A program made the translations under genes and the position numbers. From an uncultured Candidatus Rokubacteria bacterium (lineage in GTDB: Bacteria; Methylomirabilota; Methylomirabilia; Rokubacteriales; DASRDR01): a stretch of 64,000 nucleotides of DNA. Of this stretch, positions 30,762 to 42,894 are shown one piece after another. Below the pieces are notes generated by a model that was given only the letters and a program-made list of their open reading frames with translations, was not told the origin of the DNA and ran no database searches. Where the stretch lies: contig CAWCVP010000012.1 in NCBI GenBank assembly GCA_963799055.1, positions 25,640 to 89,639 of the forward strand. Direction: 5' to 3'. The stretch's first letter is position 1, and each line of letters starts with the position of its first letter.

Positions 30762-31284
30762 GTGGACGAGCGCCACTCGCTGGAGCTGACCGTCAACGGA
30801 CGCCGGGTGCGCCGCGAGGTGCCCGGGTCCCGGACGCTGCTCGAGCTCCTCCGCGGGGACCTCCGGCTCTCGGGGACCAACCTCTCCTGCGACACGGGGG
30901 ACTGCGGGGCCTGCACGGTGCTGGTGGACGGACGGCCCGTGACGGCGTGCCTCGTGCTGGCGCTCGACGTCGAGGGGCGCGACGTCACGACCATCGAGGG
31001 ACTCGCGGCGCGGTGGCACGCCCAGTCGGGCGCCCGCCCCCCCACGCTCCATCCGGTCCAGCAAGGGTTCCTCGAGGAGGGCGGCGCTCAGTGCGGGTTC
31101 TGCACCGCGGGCATGATCATGGCCGCCGCGGGCTTCCTGGAGTCGAGCCCGGCGCCCGACCGAGGCGGAGATCCGCGCCGGTCTCGAGGGGAACCTCTGC
31201 CGGTGCACCGGCTACGTCAAGATCATCCGCGCCGTGGAGGTGGCGGCCGAGCGCATGCGGGCCCCGCGAGGGACGACGGCATGA
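30762..31284 (+). CDS. xanthine dehydrogenase family 2x[2Fe-2S] subunit; frameshift ~31160
   Basis: [28 protein letters not shown]. Confidence 0.88.
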
Positions 31285-33582
31285 CGCGGTCACCGGGCCC
31301 CGGGTCTTCCGATCGGCCGTTCCGCGTGATCGGGACGCGTGTCGCCAAGCTGGACGCGGTCGAGAAGGTGACGGGCGCGGTCCAGTACATCCCGGACATC
31401 GAGGTCCCGGGCATGGTGTGGGGGAGGATTCTCCGCACCCGCGTCCCGCACGCCCGCATCACCCGGATCGACACGAGCCGGGCCGAGGCGCTGCCGGGAG
31501 TCCTCGGCGTGGTCACGGGCCGGAACGTCCAGCAGCGGCCGTTCGGCTACGCGAAGGACCACCTGGCCCTCAAGGGCGAGGTCGTCCGCTGCATCCGGGA
31601 CGAGGTGGCCGCGGTGGCGGCGGAGACCGAGGAGATCGCCGCGGCGGCGTGCCGGCTGATCGAGGTCGACTACGAGGAGCTGCCCGCGGTGTTCGACCCG
31701 GAGGACGCCCTCCGTCCGGACGCGCCCCGGATCCACCCGCAGTTTGCCGGGAACCTCGTGAACTTCGCGTACAAGTTCACGGCCGGCGACGTCGACCGCG
31801 CGTTTCGCGAGGCCGACGCGGTGGTCGAGGGCACGTACCGGCTGAACTACGTCACCACGGCGTGTCTCGGCACGATGGCGGCGATCGCGCAGTGGGATCC
31901 CCGCGGCAGCCTCACGATGTGGTCCACCACGCAGATCCCGTTCCTCTACCAGAAGGACCTGGCGGAGGCGCTCGGGATCTCCGGCGACCGCATCCGGGTC
32001 CTCCAGCCGCCCGTCGGCGGCAACTTCGGCCGCGGCCTCGACCTCTACCCGATCGACATCATCGCGGCGCTCCTGGCGCGGCACGTCGGCCGCCCCGTGA
32101 AGATCGTGTTCGACCGGGAGGAGGAGTTCGTCGCGAGCCCGACCCGCGAGCCGTGCGCCTTCACGCTCCGCACGGCGGCCCGCGCCGACGGGACGCTGCT
32201 CGCCCGGGACGCCCGGGTCCTGATCGACAACGGCGCGTACGTGTCGTGGGGCTCGACCACGCCGTACGTGATGATGACGACGCTCGCCGGCTTCTATCGC
32301 TGCCCGAACATCCGCTTCGACACGGCCATCGTCTACACGAACAACGTCTACTCGGGCTCGATGCGCGGCTACGGGAACCTCGAGTCGACCTTCGCGGTCG
32401 AGGCGCAGATGGACGAGCTGGCCGAGCGGCTCGGGCTGGACCGCCTCGAGATCCGGCGCCGGAACGCGAACCGCCCGGGCGACGTCACGCCGCAGGGCCT
32501 CCGGATCACCAGCTGCGGATTCACCGAGTGCCTCGACGCGGCCGCGCGGGACATCCAGCGGCCGATCGATCGCCCGCTCCGGCCCGGCTGGCGCCGGGGC
32601 GTCGGCTACGCGGGCATGTTCCACGTGGGCGGCGGCGCCCGCGTGTACCGCTCGGACGGCTGCGGGGCGATCGTCAAGCTCGACGACTTCGGGAAGGTCA
32701 CCCTGATCACCGGGGCCAGCGAGATCGGGCAGGGATCGGAGACGGTCCTGGCGATGATCGTCGCCGAGGAGCTCGGCGTCCCGTTCGGGCGGGTCGAGGT
32801 CGTGAACAGCGACACGGCGATCAAGCCGTGGGACGTCGGCGTGCATGCCAGCCGGACGACGTTCATCGCCGGCAACGCCGCGCTCCTGGCGGCGCGGGAC
32901 GTGAAGGGACAGCTGCTCCGGCTCGCCGCGTCGCAGCTCGAGGAGCCGGCCGAGGGGCTCGACCTCGAGGACGGCGACGTGTACGTCACGGCGGCGCCCC
33001 AGCGGCGCCTTCCCTACGAGAAGGTCGTGCGCGCCGGCCACTTCCGCGAGGACGGCCGGATCCTGATCGGCCAGGCGTTCTACGACCCGCCGACCCAGAT
33101 GCTCGACAAGGAGTTCCGGGGCAACGTGTCGGTCACCTACGGCTTCGCGGCCCAGGCGGCGCTGGTCGAGGTCGAGGAGGCCACCGGCAAGATCGAGGTG
33201 GTGCGCGTCGCCTCCGCGCACGACGTCGGGCGGGCCCTCAACCCCGTCGGCTGCGAGGGGCAGATCGAGGGCGGCATCCACATGGGCCTCGGCTACTGCC
33301 TGACCGAGGAGCTCCGGTTCCGGGACGGACGCGTGCTGAACCCGGGCTTCCTCGACTACAAGCTCCTCACGGCCCCGGACATGCCCGAGATCCTGATCAC
33401 GCTGATCGAGACGGTGGACGAGGCCGGGCCCGTTCGGCGCCAAGGGGCTCGGCGAGGCGGGCACCATCCCCATCTCCGCGGCGGTCGCGAACGCGGTGAA
33501 GGACGCGACCGGGGTGCGGCTCACCGAGCTTCCGATGACGCCGGAGCGCGTGTACCGGGCGCTCCGGGCGGCCGAGCGATGA
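31281..33582 (+). CDS. xanthine dehydrogenase family molybdopterin-binding subunit (HcrA/CoxL-like); frameshift ~33430
   Basis: [34 protein letters not shown], and after the shift GAKGLGEAG...MTPERV. Confidence 0.92.
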
Positions 33583-34201
33583 TGACCCACTCGCGATTCC
33601 GCCTGAGGATCACCGCTTCGCGCCTGGCGGGGGGTGTATCCAACGATCCTCGCGCGGCCACCTGATGCCCTGGCGCCTCGTCGTCCGTTGGCACTCCAGC
33701 GCGGCTGCTCGCGGGCGTCGAGGATGGCTGCTTAAGCGATCGCGTCGATCGGCTCGCTGAGCCGCTCCCATCCCCGGCGGGTAACTCTTCGAACGCGAGG
33801 TCGCGGAGACTCCCGCGCGTGCGCCCCGCGTCGGGCCGAGCCGGAGAGGCGCGGGAACGCGTCCGGGCGGCCGATGGGCCGCGCTGTCACGATCCGGCCC
33901 GCGTGCCCCGGACCCCACATGGGATGCTGGTGCATGCGCACCGGATGTAGGCCGCCCGCCTCCACTCGGTGGGGGACGACGGCCGGAGGCGCCACCGCCG
34001 ATGTGAGCGTAAGTCGCGATTATCACTGATCATTCGAGCTGTACCCGCGCTGCGGGCTGGCTCCGGGCACGGCCCTTGCGCTAGAGATCAGCATGATCGA
34101 GCATGGGCTCCGACCGCAGCTCCGCATCGAGCGAGTCAACCCCGGTCAGGCGCGCCTTCTGGTCCGGCCGGTCTCGCGCCCCGACCCTCGGGGTCGACAC
34201 G

Positions 34202-36111
34202 ATGAGCCCCGACGGGCTCCCCGAGGCGCTCCTCGAGGCCGCGCTTCACTACGCGCGGCAGGGCTGGCCCGTGCTGCCGCTCCACAGCGTCCGCGAAGGC
34301 CGGTGTTCCTGCGGCCGGGACTGCGACCGTGCCGCCGGCAAGCACCCGCGCTCCGCGCATCGGGGCCAGGGACGCGAGCGTCGACGAGGCAGTGGTCCGG
34401 GCCTGGTGGGCGCGGTGGCCCGATGCGAATCTCGGCCTGGCCACCGGACACGCCAGCGGCCTCGTCGTCCTCGACATCGACCCGGCCCACGGCGGCGAGG
34501 AGTCCCTCGAGGCGCTGGTCGCGCGCCATGGGCCCCCGCCGCGCGGTCCGATCGCGCGCACCGGCGGCGGGGGGCGGCACTTGCTGTTCGCGCACCCGGG
34601 ATCCCGCGTGCCGTCGCGGTCCGGCGCGCTCGGATCCGGGCTGGACGTCCGCGGCGACGGCGGCTACATCGTCGCGCCTCCGAGCCGGCATCGTTCTGGT
34701 CGCCTCTACGAGTGGGACGCCGGGAGCCACCCCGATGAGGTTCCGCTCCCCCGGCGCCGGCCTGGCTCGTGGGGGGAAGGCCTACCGGCGGCGACGCCCC
34801 GAGCCGCCCGGTATCGCCGCTCGACGCACACGATCCCCGAGGGCCGCCGCAACGAGGCGCTCACGTCGCTCGCTGGCGCGATGCGGCGGCGCGGGATGAC
34901 AAGCGAGGAGATCCAGCCGGCGCTGGCGGCGGTCAACGCGCGACGATGCGCCCCGCCGCTCGGCGAGACGGAGCTTTGCGCGATCGCGGCGAGCGTCGGG
35001 CGGTACCCGGCGGCGCCCGACCGCGCCACCGATCCGTCGCGGTCCGCCGATCCGGGCTCGATCGGCTGGCCGCTCCACGATGCCGGCGAGGCCTGGAGGT
35101 TCCCCGCCATCGAGCCGCTCGTCGAAGCGTGGTTGCCTCTGCGTGGCGTGGTCTGGTGGGGCGGGCCGCCGAAGCGAGCCAAGAGCCTGCTGCTCCTCTA
35201 CGTGTGCCTGGCGATCGCCTGTGGCCGCCCGACCGTCGCGGGTCGCTTCCCGGTGCGCGCGCGTCCGCGGATCCTGTATGTCGCCCGTGAGGACGGCGGG
35301 GGGCGGCTCGAGGAACGGATCGAGGACATCGTGGCCCCGTGGGGTGTCCGGCCGCCACCCGGCGCCCTCCGGTTCGTGATTCGCCCCCGCCTGGACCTCG
35401 GCAACGCCGCGCAGGTCGGCTGGCTGCGCCAGACGTGCCTGGACCACGAGGTGACGCTGCTCGTGCTGGACACCTGGACCGCCCTGTCCCCGGGGGCGGA
35501 CCCGCTCTCGGCGCGGGACCAGGCGCAGCTGGCGGCGACGGTGGTCGAGCTCAGCGAGGCGCTCGACGGCCTGGTGGTCGTCGTCGACCACAGCCGGAAG
35601 AACCGGCCCGAGGGGCAGCCTCTCTCATCGGCCGACATCCATGGCCCTTACGTCAAGTGGGCCGCCGCGGAGCATGTCGTGATGCAGGACGTCGTGCCGA
35701 GCCACCCCCGCCGCTTCGAGGTCCTCGTCGAGGGGAAGGACCTGGAGGCCGACCGGTTCTTCCTGGACGTGAGCCCCCGCGGCAGCGCCGAGGAGAAGTT
35801 CGTCTACGCGGGGACCGCGGCCGAGCTGGTCGCGGTCCGGCGGGCGCTCGGCGACGCCAACCGCCAGGCCGTCCTCGAGGTCCTGCAGGCCGGCGCGGGC
35901 CCCCTCGGCCTGGAAGACGTGCGCGACGGCCTCCATCGTGGCGGGTGCCCGCTCGGGCAGGCGACCATCCGGAGGCACCTCGCCGCGCTCGTCCGGAGTC
36001 GGGGCCGCCGAGCGGACCGGGAGCGGCAACCGCACCGTCTACCTCCCGCGCCGCGGGGACGAACGCTCCGCTCAGGGGCCGTCCGAGCGGCAGGACGAGG
36101 CGAGCCGGTGA
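34202..36111 (+). CDS. bifunctional DNA primase/polymerase (Prim-Pol) + PriCT-1 + AAA_25/RecA-like helicase + C-terminal wHTH; frameshifts ~34355 and ~35998
   Basis: YARQGWPVLPL..CSC...C...GKHP, NLGLATG..LVVLDID, RTGGGGRHLLF, LDVRGDGGYIVAPPSRH; IPEGRRNEAL...PPL..E; Walker A-like GPPKRAKS; Walker B LLVLDT. Confidence 0.88.
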
Positions 36112-36268
36112 ATGGCCGTGCCGACACAGGCGGAAGTTCCGCTCACCCCGCGTGTGAGCGGAGAGCGGCGCGGGAGAGGGAGGGACCCCGGAGAGGAGGG
36201 TCCCTCCCCGGAAGCGGGGTTCCACCCACCGCTCCTTTCTCTATAAGAGTGGGCGGGGAGGTGAGCAG
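36010..36268. repeat. iteron-like GAGCGG/CCGCTC cluster with hairpins; candidate replication origin
   Basis: Eight exact hexamers in both orientations (36010, 36021, 36068, 36085, 36139, 36156, 36163, 36229); hairpins TCCGCTCAC/GTGAGCGGA and GGGAGGGACCC/GGGTCCCTCCC; AT-rich CTCT-ATA-AGAG (36239-49). Confidence 0.55.
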
Positions 36269-36419
36269 CACGGCCCCGACGGGCGGCGAAGGGGGAGCGT
36301 CTCCTCCGTGGGAGACCAACCGTGGGTGCCGCCGGGCGGTACCGTCGTTGTCCGCCGTCATCGCGCGCACCGGGACTCATCGGATAGACTGCTCCCGTGG
36401 AACTCCGGTTCTGTAGGCT

Positions 36420-37430
36420 ATGCTGAACCATCTCGACTTGGGGCTGGCATAGGGCTCCACAGCCCGTCCTCACGATCATCCTGACCATCGCCCTTCTCGC
36501 CGCGCCACTCGCCGCCGAGGCGCAGCAGGCGGAAGTATCGCGCGCCTTGGTGTACTTCTCTTTGGCACCCCTGACACCGATGCCTTCCCCGCGATCCGTC
36601 GGGGGTTAGGCGCGTTGGGGTACGTCGAGGGACAGAACATCCTCTTCGAGCATCGCTACGCGGAGGGGAGGCCCGAGCGGCTCCCTGACCTGGCGGGGCG
36701 ACCTCGTCCGCTCGAAGCTCGACTTGATCATCGCGGCCGACGGCGATCTCGCACCGGTCGCCAAGCGGGCCACCGGGACCATTCCGATCGTGATGATCAC
36801 GAGCGCCGATCCGGTTCAAGGTGGTCACGTCGCCAGCCTCGCGCGGCCGGGCGGCAACATCACCGGCCTCACGATCATATCGTCAGACTGACCGTCAAGG
36901 GCCTCGAGCTTCTCAAGGAAGCGGCACCGGGCGTCACGCGCGTCGCGGTTCTCTGGGACCCAGACCATCCTCACGGTGAGTTCCCGGCGACCCCGGCTGC
37001 GGGCCGCTCGTGGGACTCCAAGTCCAGCCGATCGAAGTGCGGGGGCGCGACGGAATTCGCCGGCGCCTTTTCGGCCGTCGAACCGAGAACGGATGGAGGC
37101 GGTGATCCTGGTTTCCTCGAGGCTGATGACCCTGAACCGGGCCCGGATACTGGACCTTGCGGCCCTGAACCATAAGCTGCCTCGTGTCCGGCTGGGGCCC
37201 GTGGGGGGCGGCGGGTGGACTCCTGAGCTACGGGCCCGACCGGGACGCTGTGATCCGCCGCTCCGCCACCTATGTCGACCAGGATCCTGAGAGGTGCCAA
37301 GCCCACCGACCTCCCCGTCGAGCAGCCGACGAAGTTCGAACTGGTCATCAATTTGAAGACCGCCAGGGCGCTCGGGGTCACCATCCCGCCGTCGGTGCTG
37401 GCGCGGGCGGATCGAGATGATCGAAGTGCC
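36420..37430 (+). pseudogene. degraded ABC transporter substrate-binding protein (ABC_sub_bind family, orphan)
   Basis: Fragments in several frames: [92 protein letters not shown]; ends approximate. Confidence 0.8.
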
Positions 37431-37577
37431 AAGGGGATGCGGCCTGAAGAGCGGAATCGGATGCGCTACGTGATGTCCAGGGAAATCCGGAAGTTGCGTG
37501 CCCTCACTTTTCCACACGAAGCGGGACACCACCCGCATGTCACGGATGGGGCAGAAGGCCCCGGGAGGAGACCGATC

Positions 37578-39137
37578 ATGCGAGTGAGCCGCCGAGCGTT
37601 CCTCAGGACGACCGGAACTGGCGCCGCGGCCCTGGCCGCAACTGGCCTCGGACGCCCCGCCCACGCCCAGAAGAAGCAGGTGGTGACGATCGCCTTCCCG
37701 GAGACGGTCACCTCGATGGACCCGCATCCCGCCCCGCGCAACAGCCCGCGGGAGTCGATGTACGAGTCGGTGTTCGACCGCTTCCTCCAGCAGGACCGGC
37801 AGGGCAAGTACGGGCCGAACGTCATCGAGAGCTGGCAGTGGACCGACGGCAAGATGGGCATGGCCGTCAAGGTCCGTCAGGGGATCAAGTTCCACGACGG
37901 GTCGGATCTCACCGCCGAGGACGTCGCCTTCAGCATGAACCGGCTGAAGGAGGTCTCGATCTACAAGGCGACCTACGCGCGGGTCAAGGAGTACCAGGTC
38001 CGCGACAAGGCCACGATGCAGCTCGTCTTCGAGCGCTTCGACCCCTCGTTCCCGCGCTGGCTCGGCTTCCTGGCCGGCTTCGTCGTTCCCAAGGCCTACT
38101 TCCAGTCCCTCGGCCCGGACGACAAGGCGCGCGGCGAGGAGTTCGCGCGGAAGCCCGTCGGCTCGGGGCCGTACCGGGTCGTGTCCTTCACGCCGGGGAG
38201 CACGCTGGTCCTGGAGGCGTTCGACCGCTACTGGAAGGGCGCGCCGCCGATCAAGCGGGCGGTCTTCAAGATGGTCACCGATCCGACGGCCCGGGTCGCC
38301 GAGATCGTGTCCGGCAACGCGGACATCGCGTCCGAGGTCCCGGTCGAGGAGTTCGGGCGGCTGTCGACCCAGCCCACCCTCAAGGGCGTGAAGCAGCCGG
38401 TCGCGGACATGGCGCAGATCTTCCTCAACCCGCGCTACGAGCCGTTCAAGAAGGAGGAGGTGCGCCTCGCGGTCCACCACGCGATCGACAAGAAGGCGAT
38501 CGTCGAGAAGGTGCTCCTCGGGTTCGGCCAGCCGCTCTCGTTGACGGAGGCGCCGCTCTACGACGCCTACGACCCCTCGTTCACCTTCCCCTACGATCCG
38601 GCGAAGGCCCGCCAGCTGCTCCAGACGGCGGGCTACTCGGCCTCGAGCCCGCTCAAGCTCAAGGTCATGACGACCCGCGGCGTCCGGGCGAAGGACTTCG
38701 AGGTCATGTCGGCGATCACCCAGATGTGGAAGGACGTCGGCATCGAGGCCGAGCTCGAGGTCATCACGATCCCGCAGTGGTTCCAGTTCCGGACGGCCCG
38801 GGGGCAGGGAGGCCAGGACCTGGCGCCGCTCTCGCTCTACTTCTGGTCCAACCCGACCGGCGACCCGATCAACTCGGTCGGCTTCCAGAACAACGTCAAA
38901 GGCCCGTTCCGCGTGTGGGAATCGGAGGACCTCCAGCCGCTGATCGACCCGATCTTCGACGAGCGGGACGAGCCGAAGCGCATCGCGGCGGCGAAGAAGG
39001 CCGCGCGCTACGTGGTGGAGAAGGGCTACATCATCCCGCTCTTCCAGGTGGTCCAGCCGGTGGTCATGAAGAAGGACCTCGCCTACCAGCCGTTCCCGAC
39101 CGGCGTGCTGATCCCGCAGGAGATGTCCTGGATGTAG
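37578..39137 (+). CDS. family 5 (peptide/nickel) ABC substrate-binding protein, Tat-exported
   Basis: GGGAGGAG RBS; Tat motif SRRAFL...[46 protein letters not shown]. Confidence 0.93.
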   Translation: MRVSRRAFLRTTGTGAAALAATGLGRPAHAQKKQVVTIAFPETVTSMDPHPAPRNSPRESMYESVFDRFLQQDRQGKYGPNVIESWQWTDGKMGMAVKVRQGIKFHDGSDLTAEDVAFSMNRLKEVSIYKATYARVKEYQVRDKATMQLVFERFDPSFPRWLGFLAGFVVPKAYFQSLGPDDKARGEEFARKPVGSGPYRVVSFTPGSTLVLEAFDRYWKGAPPIKRAVFKMVTDPTARVAEIVSGNADIASEVPVEEFGRLSTQPTLKGVKQPVADMAQIFLNPRYEPFKKEEVRLAVHHAIDKKAIVEKVLLGFGQPLSLTEAPLYDAYDPSFTFPYDPAKARQLLQTAGYSASSPLKLKVMTTRGVRAKDFEVMSAITQMWKDVGIEAELEVITIPQWFQFRTARGQGGQDLAPLSLYFWSNPTGDPINSVGFQNNVKGPFRVWESEDLQPLIDPIFDERDEPKRIAAAKKAARYVVEKGYIIPLFQVVQPVVMKKDLAYQPFPTGVLIPQEMSWM

Positions 39138-39257
39138 GGCGCTCGGGCGCGCATGGCCGTGGAGGAGCCCCGGCGAGATCCGCGGGCACGCTGAGATGGC
39201 GGCGGTCGGTGGCCTCGCTGGCGAGGCGAGGTCACCGTCGCGCAGCCCTTCGTGGCC

Positions 39258-42200
39258 TCAGGCTGGCGTTCGCGACTCGACCTCCGCCTGCTCCAGCCAG
39301 AAGCCGCATGTCCATCTCGCGGTACATCGACGTGGCGGTGGTGAGATGCTCGTGCGCCTGCTGCGCGCTTGCCCGTGCGCCGGTAGAGCTTGCCGAGGCC
39401 GAGGTGGCAGTGGGCGACGAGGGGGCGCATGCCGAGCTCGCTCGGCGAGCACGAGCGCGTCACGGTAGTGGCCGTCAGCCATGCTCCGGGGGATCGCGAC
39501 GGGCGGCGACGTCGCCGAGGAGACGGAGGGCCCACGCCTCGTAGGGGCGTTGACCGCGCTCGCGGGCAAGGGTCAGGGCTCGCCCGGCGACTTCGAGAGC
39601 GTCCTCGAACCGGTCGGCGAGGACATGCGCTTCGCCCAGATACACGAGGAAGAGCGGCTGGAGGACTCCGAGATCCGATGGTCTCAACGGCGCTCAGCGC
39701 GTGCTCCAGCAAGGGGATGCCCTCAGCAACTCGCCCCGAGAGCGCATAGGCGTAGCCCAGGCTCCCCGGTGACTTGCCCTGAAAAAGACGGTCAGATTCC
39801 ACTCGCGAGCTCAGCGCGAGCCCGCGTTCGAGCAGGCGGACGGCGTGGCTGAGTTCTCCCCTGATGATGTGGAGATAGGCGAGAGTCCAGCACGGCGAAG
39901 GCCAGGCTATAGAGGGTGATCGAGCGCCTCGGCGAGGCGGATGCCTTGCTGGCCGTGGGCGATCCTTCCTTGAACTCGCCCCGGTCGGCGAGACACCCAA
40001 GTCAAATAGCAGCGGGCCATCACGGCAGGAAATCCGGCGAGGCCGAGGCGTTCCAGGCTGAGATCACCTTCAAGCAACTCCAGGACCTTCCGGAGAAGAT
40101 CCTCGGCCTGTCGATAGTCGCCCGTGAAGAGGCACGCCATGCCGAGGTAGAGATTTGCCGTCGACCTGGAGCGGAACATCTCCAAGCGACTCGGCAATGG
40201 CCTGGGCGCTCTGGCCGAACGCGAGCGCGTCCGTCGGATGACCAGTCACGCCAGAGGTTGTGGCACATGATAGACGAACATCTGTCCGAGACGCCGTTGA
40301 TCGTCGAGCGCCTCGGCCAGGCCTTCGACTTCGCGGAGACAGCCGAGGATCCGCTCGAATTCCCGAGCGGAAAGAGCGCCGTTCGCAGATCGAAGCGAAG
40401 ATCGATGGCCTGCTCCAGCGTCTCGCGGGTCTCGGGCAGATGCCGCGAGGGCCGTCAGCGCCTGCTCGAAGCAGCTCGCCGCCTCCCGGTTGGCCGATCG
40501 CGCCAAGGCCTTGGCGCCGCCTGACGGAGGTACGTGACCGCCTTGCTCCCACAGCTCGCCACGGACGGCATGGTGGGCCAGTCGCTCGACGTGCTCGATC
40601 AGCCGGTCCGGATAGGCGCGCTCGATGGCGCCGACGATCCGCGCGTGCAGGGCCTGGCGCCGGTCCTGGAGGAGGCTGCCGTAGGTGACCTCATGGGTGA
40701 GCGCATGCTTGAAGGTGTACTCGGGATCCGGAAAGAGGCGCGTCTCGTACAGGAACTCGGCCGCCTGCAGATGCGCGAGCCCGCGCTGCACCGCCTCCTC
40801 CGGCCGCCTCGGCCACGGCGTGGAGCAGCACGAAGGGCACGTCCTTGCCGATGACGGAAGCCGTCTGGAGCAGCTGCTTGTCCTCCGGCGGGAGCCGGTC
40901 GATCCGGGCCGCCAGGATCACCTGCACGGTCGCCGGCACCTCGATCGCCTGGATCGGCCGGGTCGGGCGATAGGCGCCGCGCTCCCCGACGAGCGCCCCC
41001 GTCTCCACGAGCGTCCGGATGCTCTCCTCGATGAAGAGGGGGTTCCCGCGCTCTGACGAGGAGACGCTTGAGGGGCTCCAGCGCTGGGTCGTCGCCGAGG
41101 AGGGCCTGCAGGAGCTCGCCCGCGCTCTCGGGCGGGAGCGCGTCGAGCCGCAGCTGGCTGTAGTAGGTCTTGCGCCCCCAGCCATGCTGGTACTCGGGCC
41201 GGTAGTTGACGAGCAGGAGGACCCGGGCCGTGGGCAGACTCTCGACCAGGCCGTCGAGCAGCGCCTGCGTCTCGGCATCGATCCAGTGCAGGTCCTCGAA
41301 GACGAGGAGGAGCGGTTGCCCCTGGCTCTCCCGGAGCAGGAGGTGCTTGACGGCCTCGAGGGTGCGCTGCCGGCGCTGGGCGGGATCGAGCGCCTGCCAG
41401 TGGGCGTCCTCGACGGGGACATCGAGGAGCGCGAGCAGGGCGGGCAGGATCGGCTCGAGGGCGCGATCGAGCGTGAGGAGCTTGCCGGTCACCTTCTCGC
41501 GGATCTCGCGGGGGGTCTCGCGATCGTGCACCTTGAAGTAGGCCTTGAGGAGGTCGATGACCGGCAGGTAGCTGGTCGCCTTGCCGTAGGACACGGAGCC
41601 CGCTTCCAGGATGAGCCAGTCCTGGGTGCGGTGGGAGTGGGTGAACTCGTAGACGAGGCGGGACTTCCCCACGCCGGGTTCCCCCACGAGGGCGACGAGC
41701 TGGCCGTGGCCATCGTGGGCGAGGGCGAGCGCGCGGCGGATCTGCTCGATCTCGGCGTCCGGCCGACGAAGCGGGTCAGTCCCCGGGCGGCGGCAGCGTG
41801 GAGCCGGGTCCGCAGCGCGCTCGCTCCGGTGAGCGCGTAGATCTCCACGGGGTCCGGCAGACCCTTGACCGCGACCGGCCCCCGGGCCGCGACCTGCACG
41901 TAGCCTTCGGCGAGCTGAGGGTGGCGGGGGCGAGCAGGATCGTGCCGGGCGTCGCCATCTGCTCCATGCGGGCGGCGAGGTGGGTCGTCTGCCCGACGCC
42001 GTGTAATCCATGTGCAGATCGGACGCCGATGGCGCGGACGACCACCTCGCCGGAGTTGAGCCCCACGCGGATCTGGATGGGCACCCCGTGCGAGCGGAAG
42101 ACGCCCTCGCGTACTGGCGACGGACTCCTGCATCCGGAGCGCCGCGTAGCACGCGCGCACGGCGTGGTCCTCGTGGGCGAGCGGCGCGCCGAAGAGGGCC

Positions 42201-42627
42201 ATGATCCCGTCGCCCATGACCTGGTTGACGGTGCCCTCGTAGCGGTGGACGGCCTCCATCATCCGCTCGAGCACGGGATCGAGGATCTTGCGCGCCTCCT
42301 CGGGATCGCGGTCGGCGAGCAGCTCCATCGAGCCCTTGAGGTCGGCGAAGAGGACGGTGACCTGCTTGCGCTCGCCTTCGAGGGCGGCCTTGGAGGTGAG
42401 GATCTTCTCGGCGAGGTGCTTGGGGGTGTAGGCGTCCGGGGCAGGGGACGTGAACTGGCTTGGGAGGGCTGGGGAGCGCCGAGACGAGCGCCGCATCCTC
42501 CACAGAACTCGTCGCCGGGCTCGTTCGTGAACCCGCAGGATGGGCAGGCGGCCGCCAGCGCGGCGCCGCACTTCCCGCAGAAGCGGCGGCCCTCGCGGTT
42601 CTCGTGCCGGCACTGCTGACACGGCAT
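39258..42627 (-). CDS. double zinc ribbon + class III adenylate/guanylate cyclase + AAA ATPase (STAND-like) + TPR protein; many frameshifts
   Basis: CQQC..FCGKCG..CPSC..FCGGCG; GERKQVTVLFADLKGS, MGDGIMALFGAP; GEPGVGKSRL, LVFEDLHWID; GNPLFIEE; ARIDRL; YTFKHALTHEVTY; TPR-like C-terminus. Confidence 0.88.
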
Positions 42628-42629
42628 GG

Positions 42630-42894
42630 TCACCGTCGGTAGGTCCCCTCGTCCTTTCGCCGGACGGCTTCGACGATCAACTCGTCCTGGCTGGCGCCGA
42701 TCGAGTACAGCACTCGCCAGTCTCGCCCCGACCCAGATCCGGTAGACCTCCTCCTGTCCCTCGACCTTGTCGTAGCCGCGCGGCCGGGGGTTCGCCTCGA
42801 GATCGAGGATCGCCTTGACCACGGCAAAGAAGGTGGCGTCGTCGTCGATGCCGAGGAGCTCCTTCTTCGCCCGGCGGCGGATCCGGAGCCTCAC
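42630..42894 (-). CDS. RelE/ParE family toxin; frameshift ~42728
   Basis: RRAKKEL...LEANPRPRGYDKVEG..VYRIWVG then (next frame) RDWRVLYSI...LIVEAVRRK..TYRR*. Confidence 0.85.

Noticed and set aside
29997-33665. Single 1222-aa XDH polyprotein as given in the ORF track
   Set aside because: It includes out-of-frame nonsense segments; the Fe-S subunit's CRC motif and stop (31282-84) lie in another frame, overlapping the Mo-subunit ATG.
34008-34032. AT-richer patch CGTAAGTCGCGATTATCACTGATCA as an attachment or recombination site
   Set aside because: I found no second copy, integrase or tRNA, and cannot distinguish it from a promoter.
37272-37577. N-terminal extension or fusion on the family-5 SBP
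   Set aside because: This is the tail of the upstream degraded SBP plus intergenic DNA; the real start is ATG 37578 with an RBS and Tat signal.
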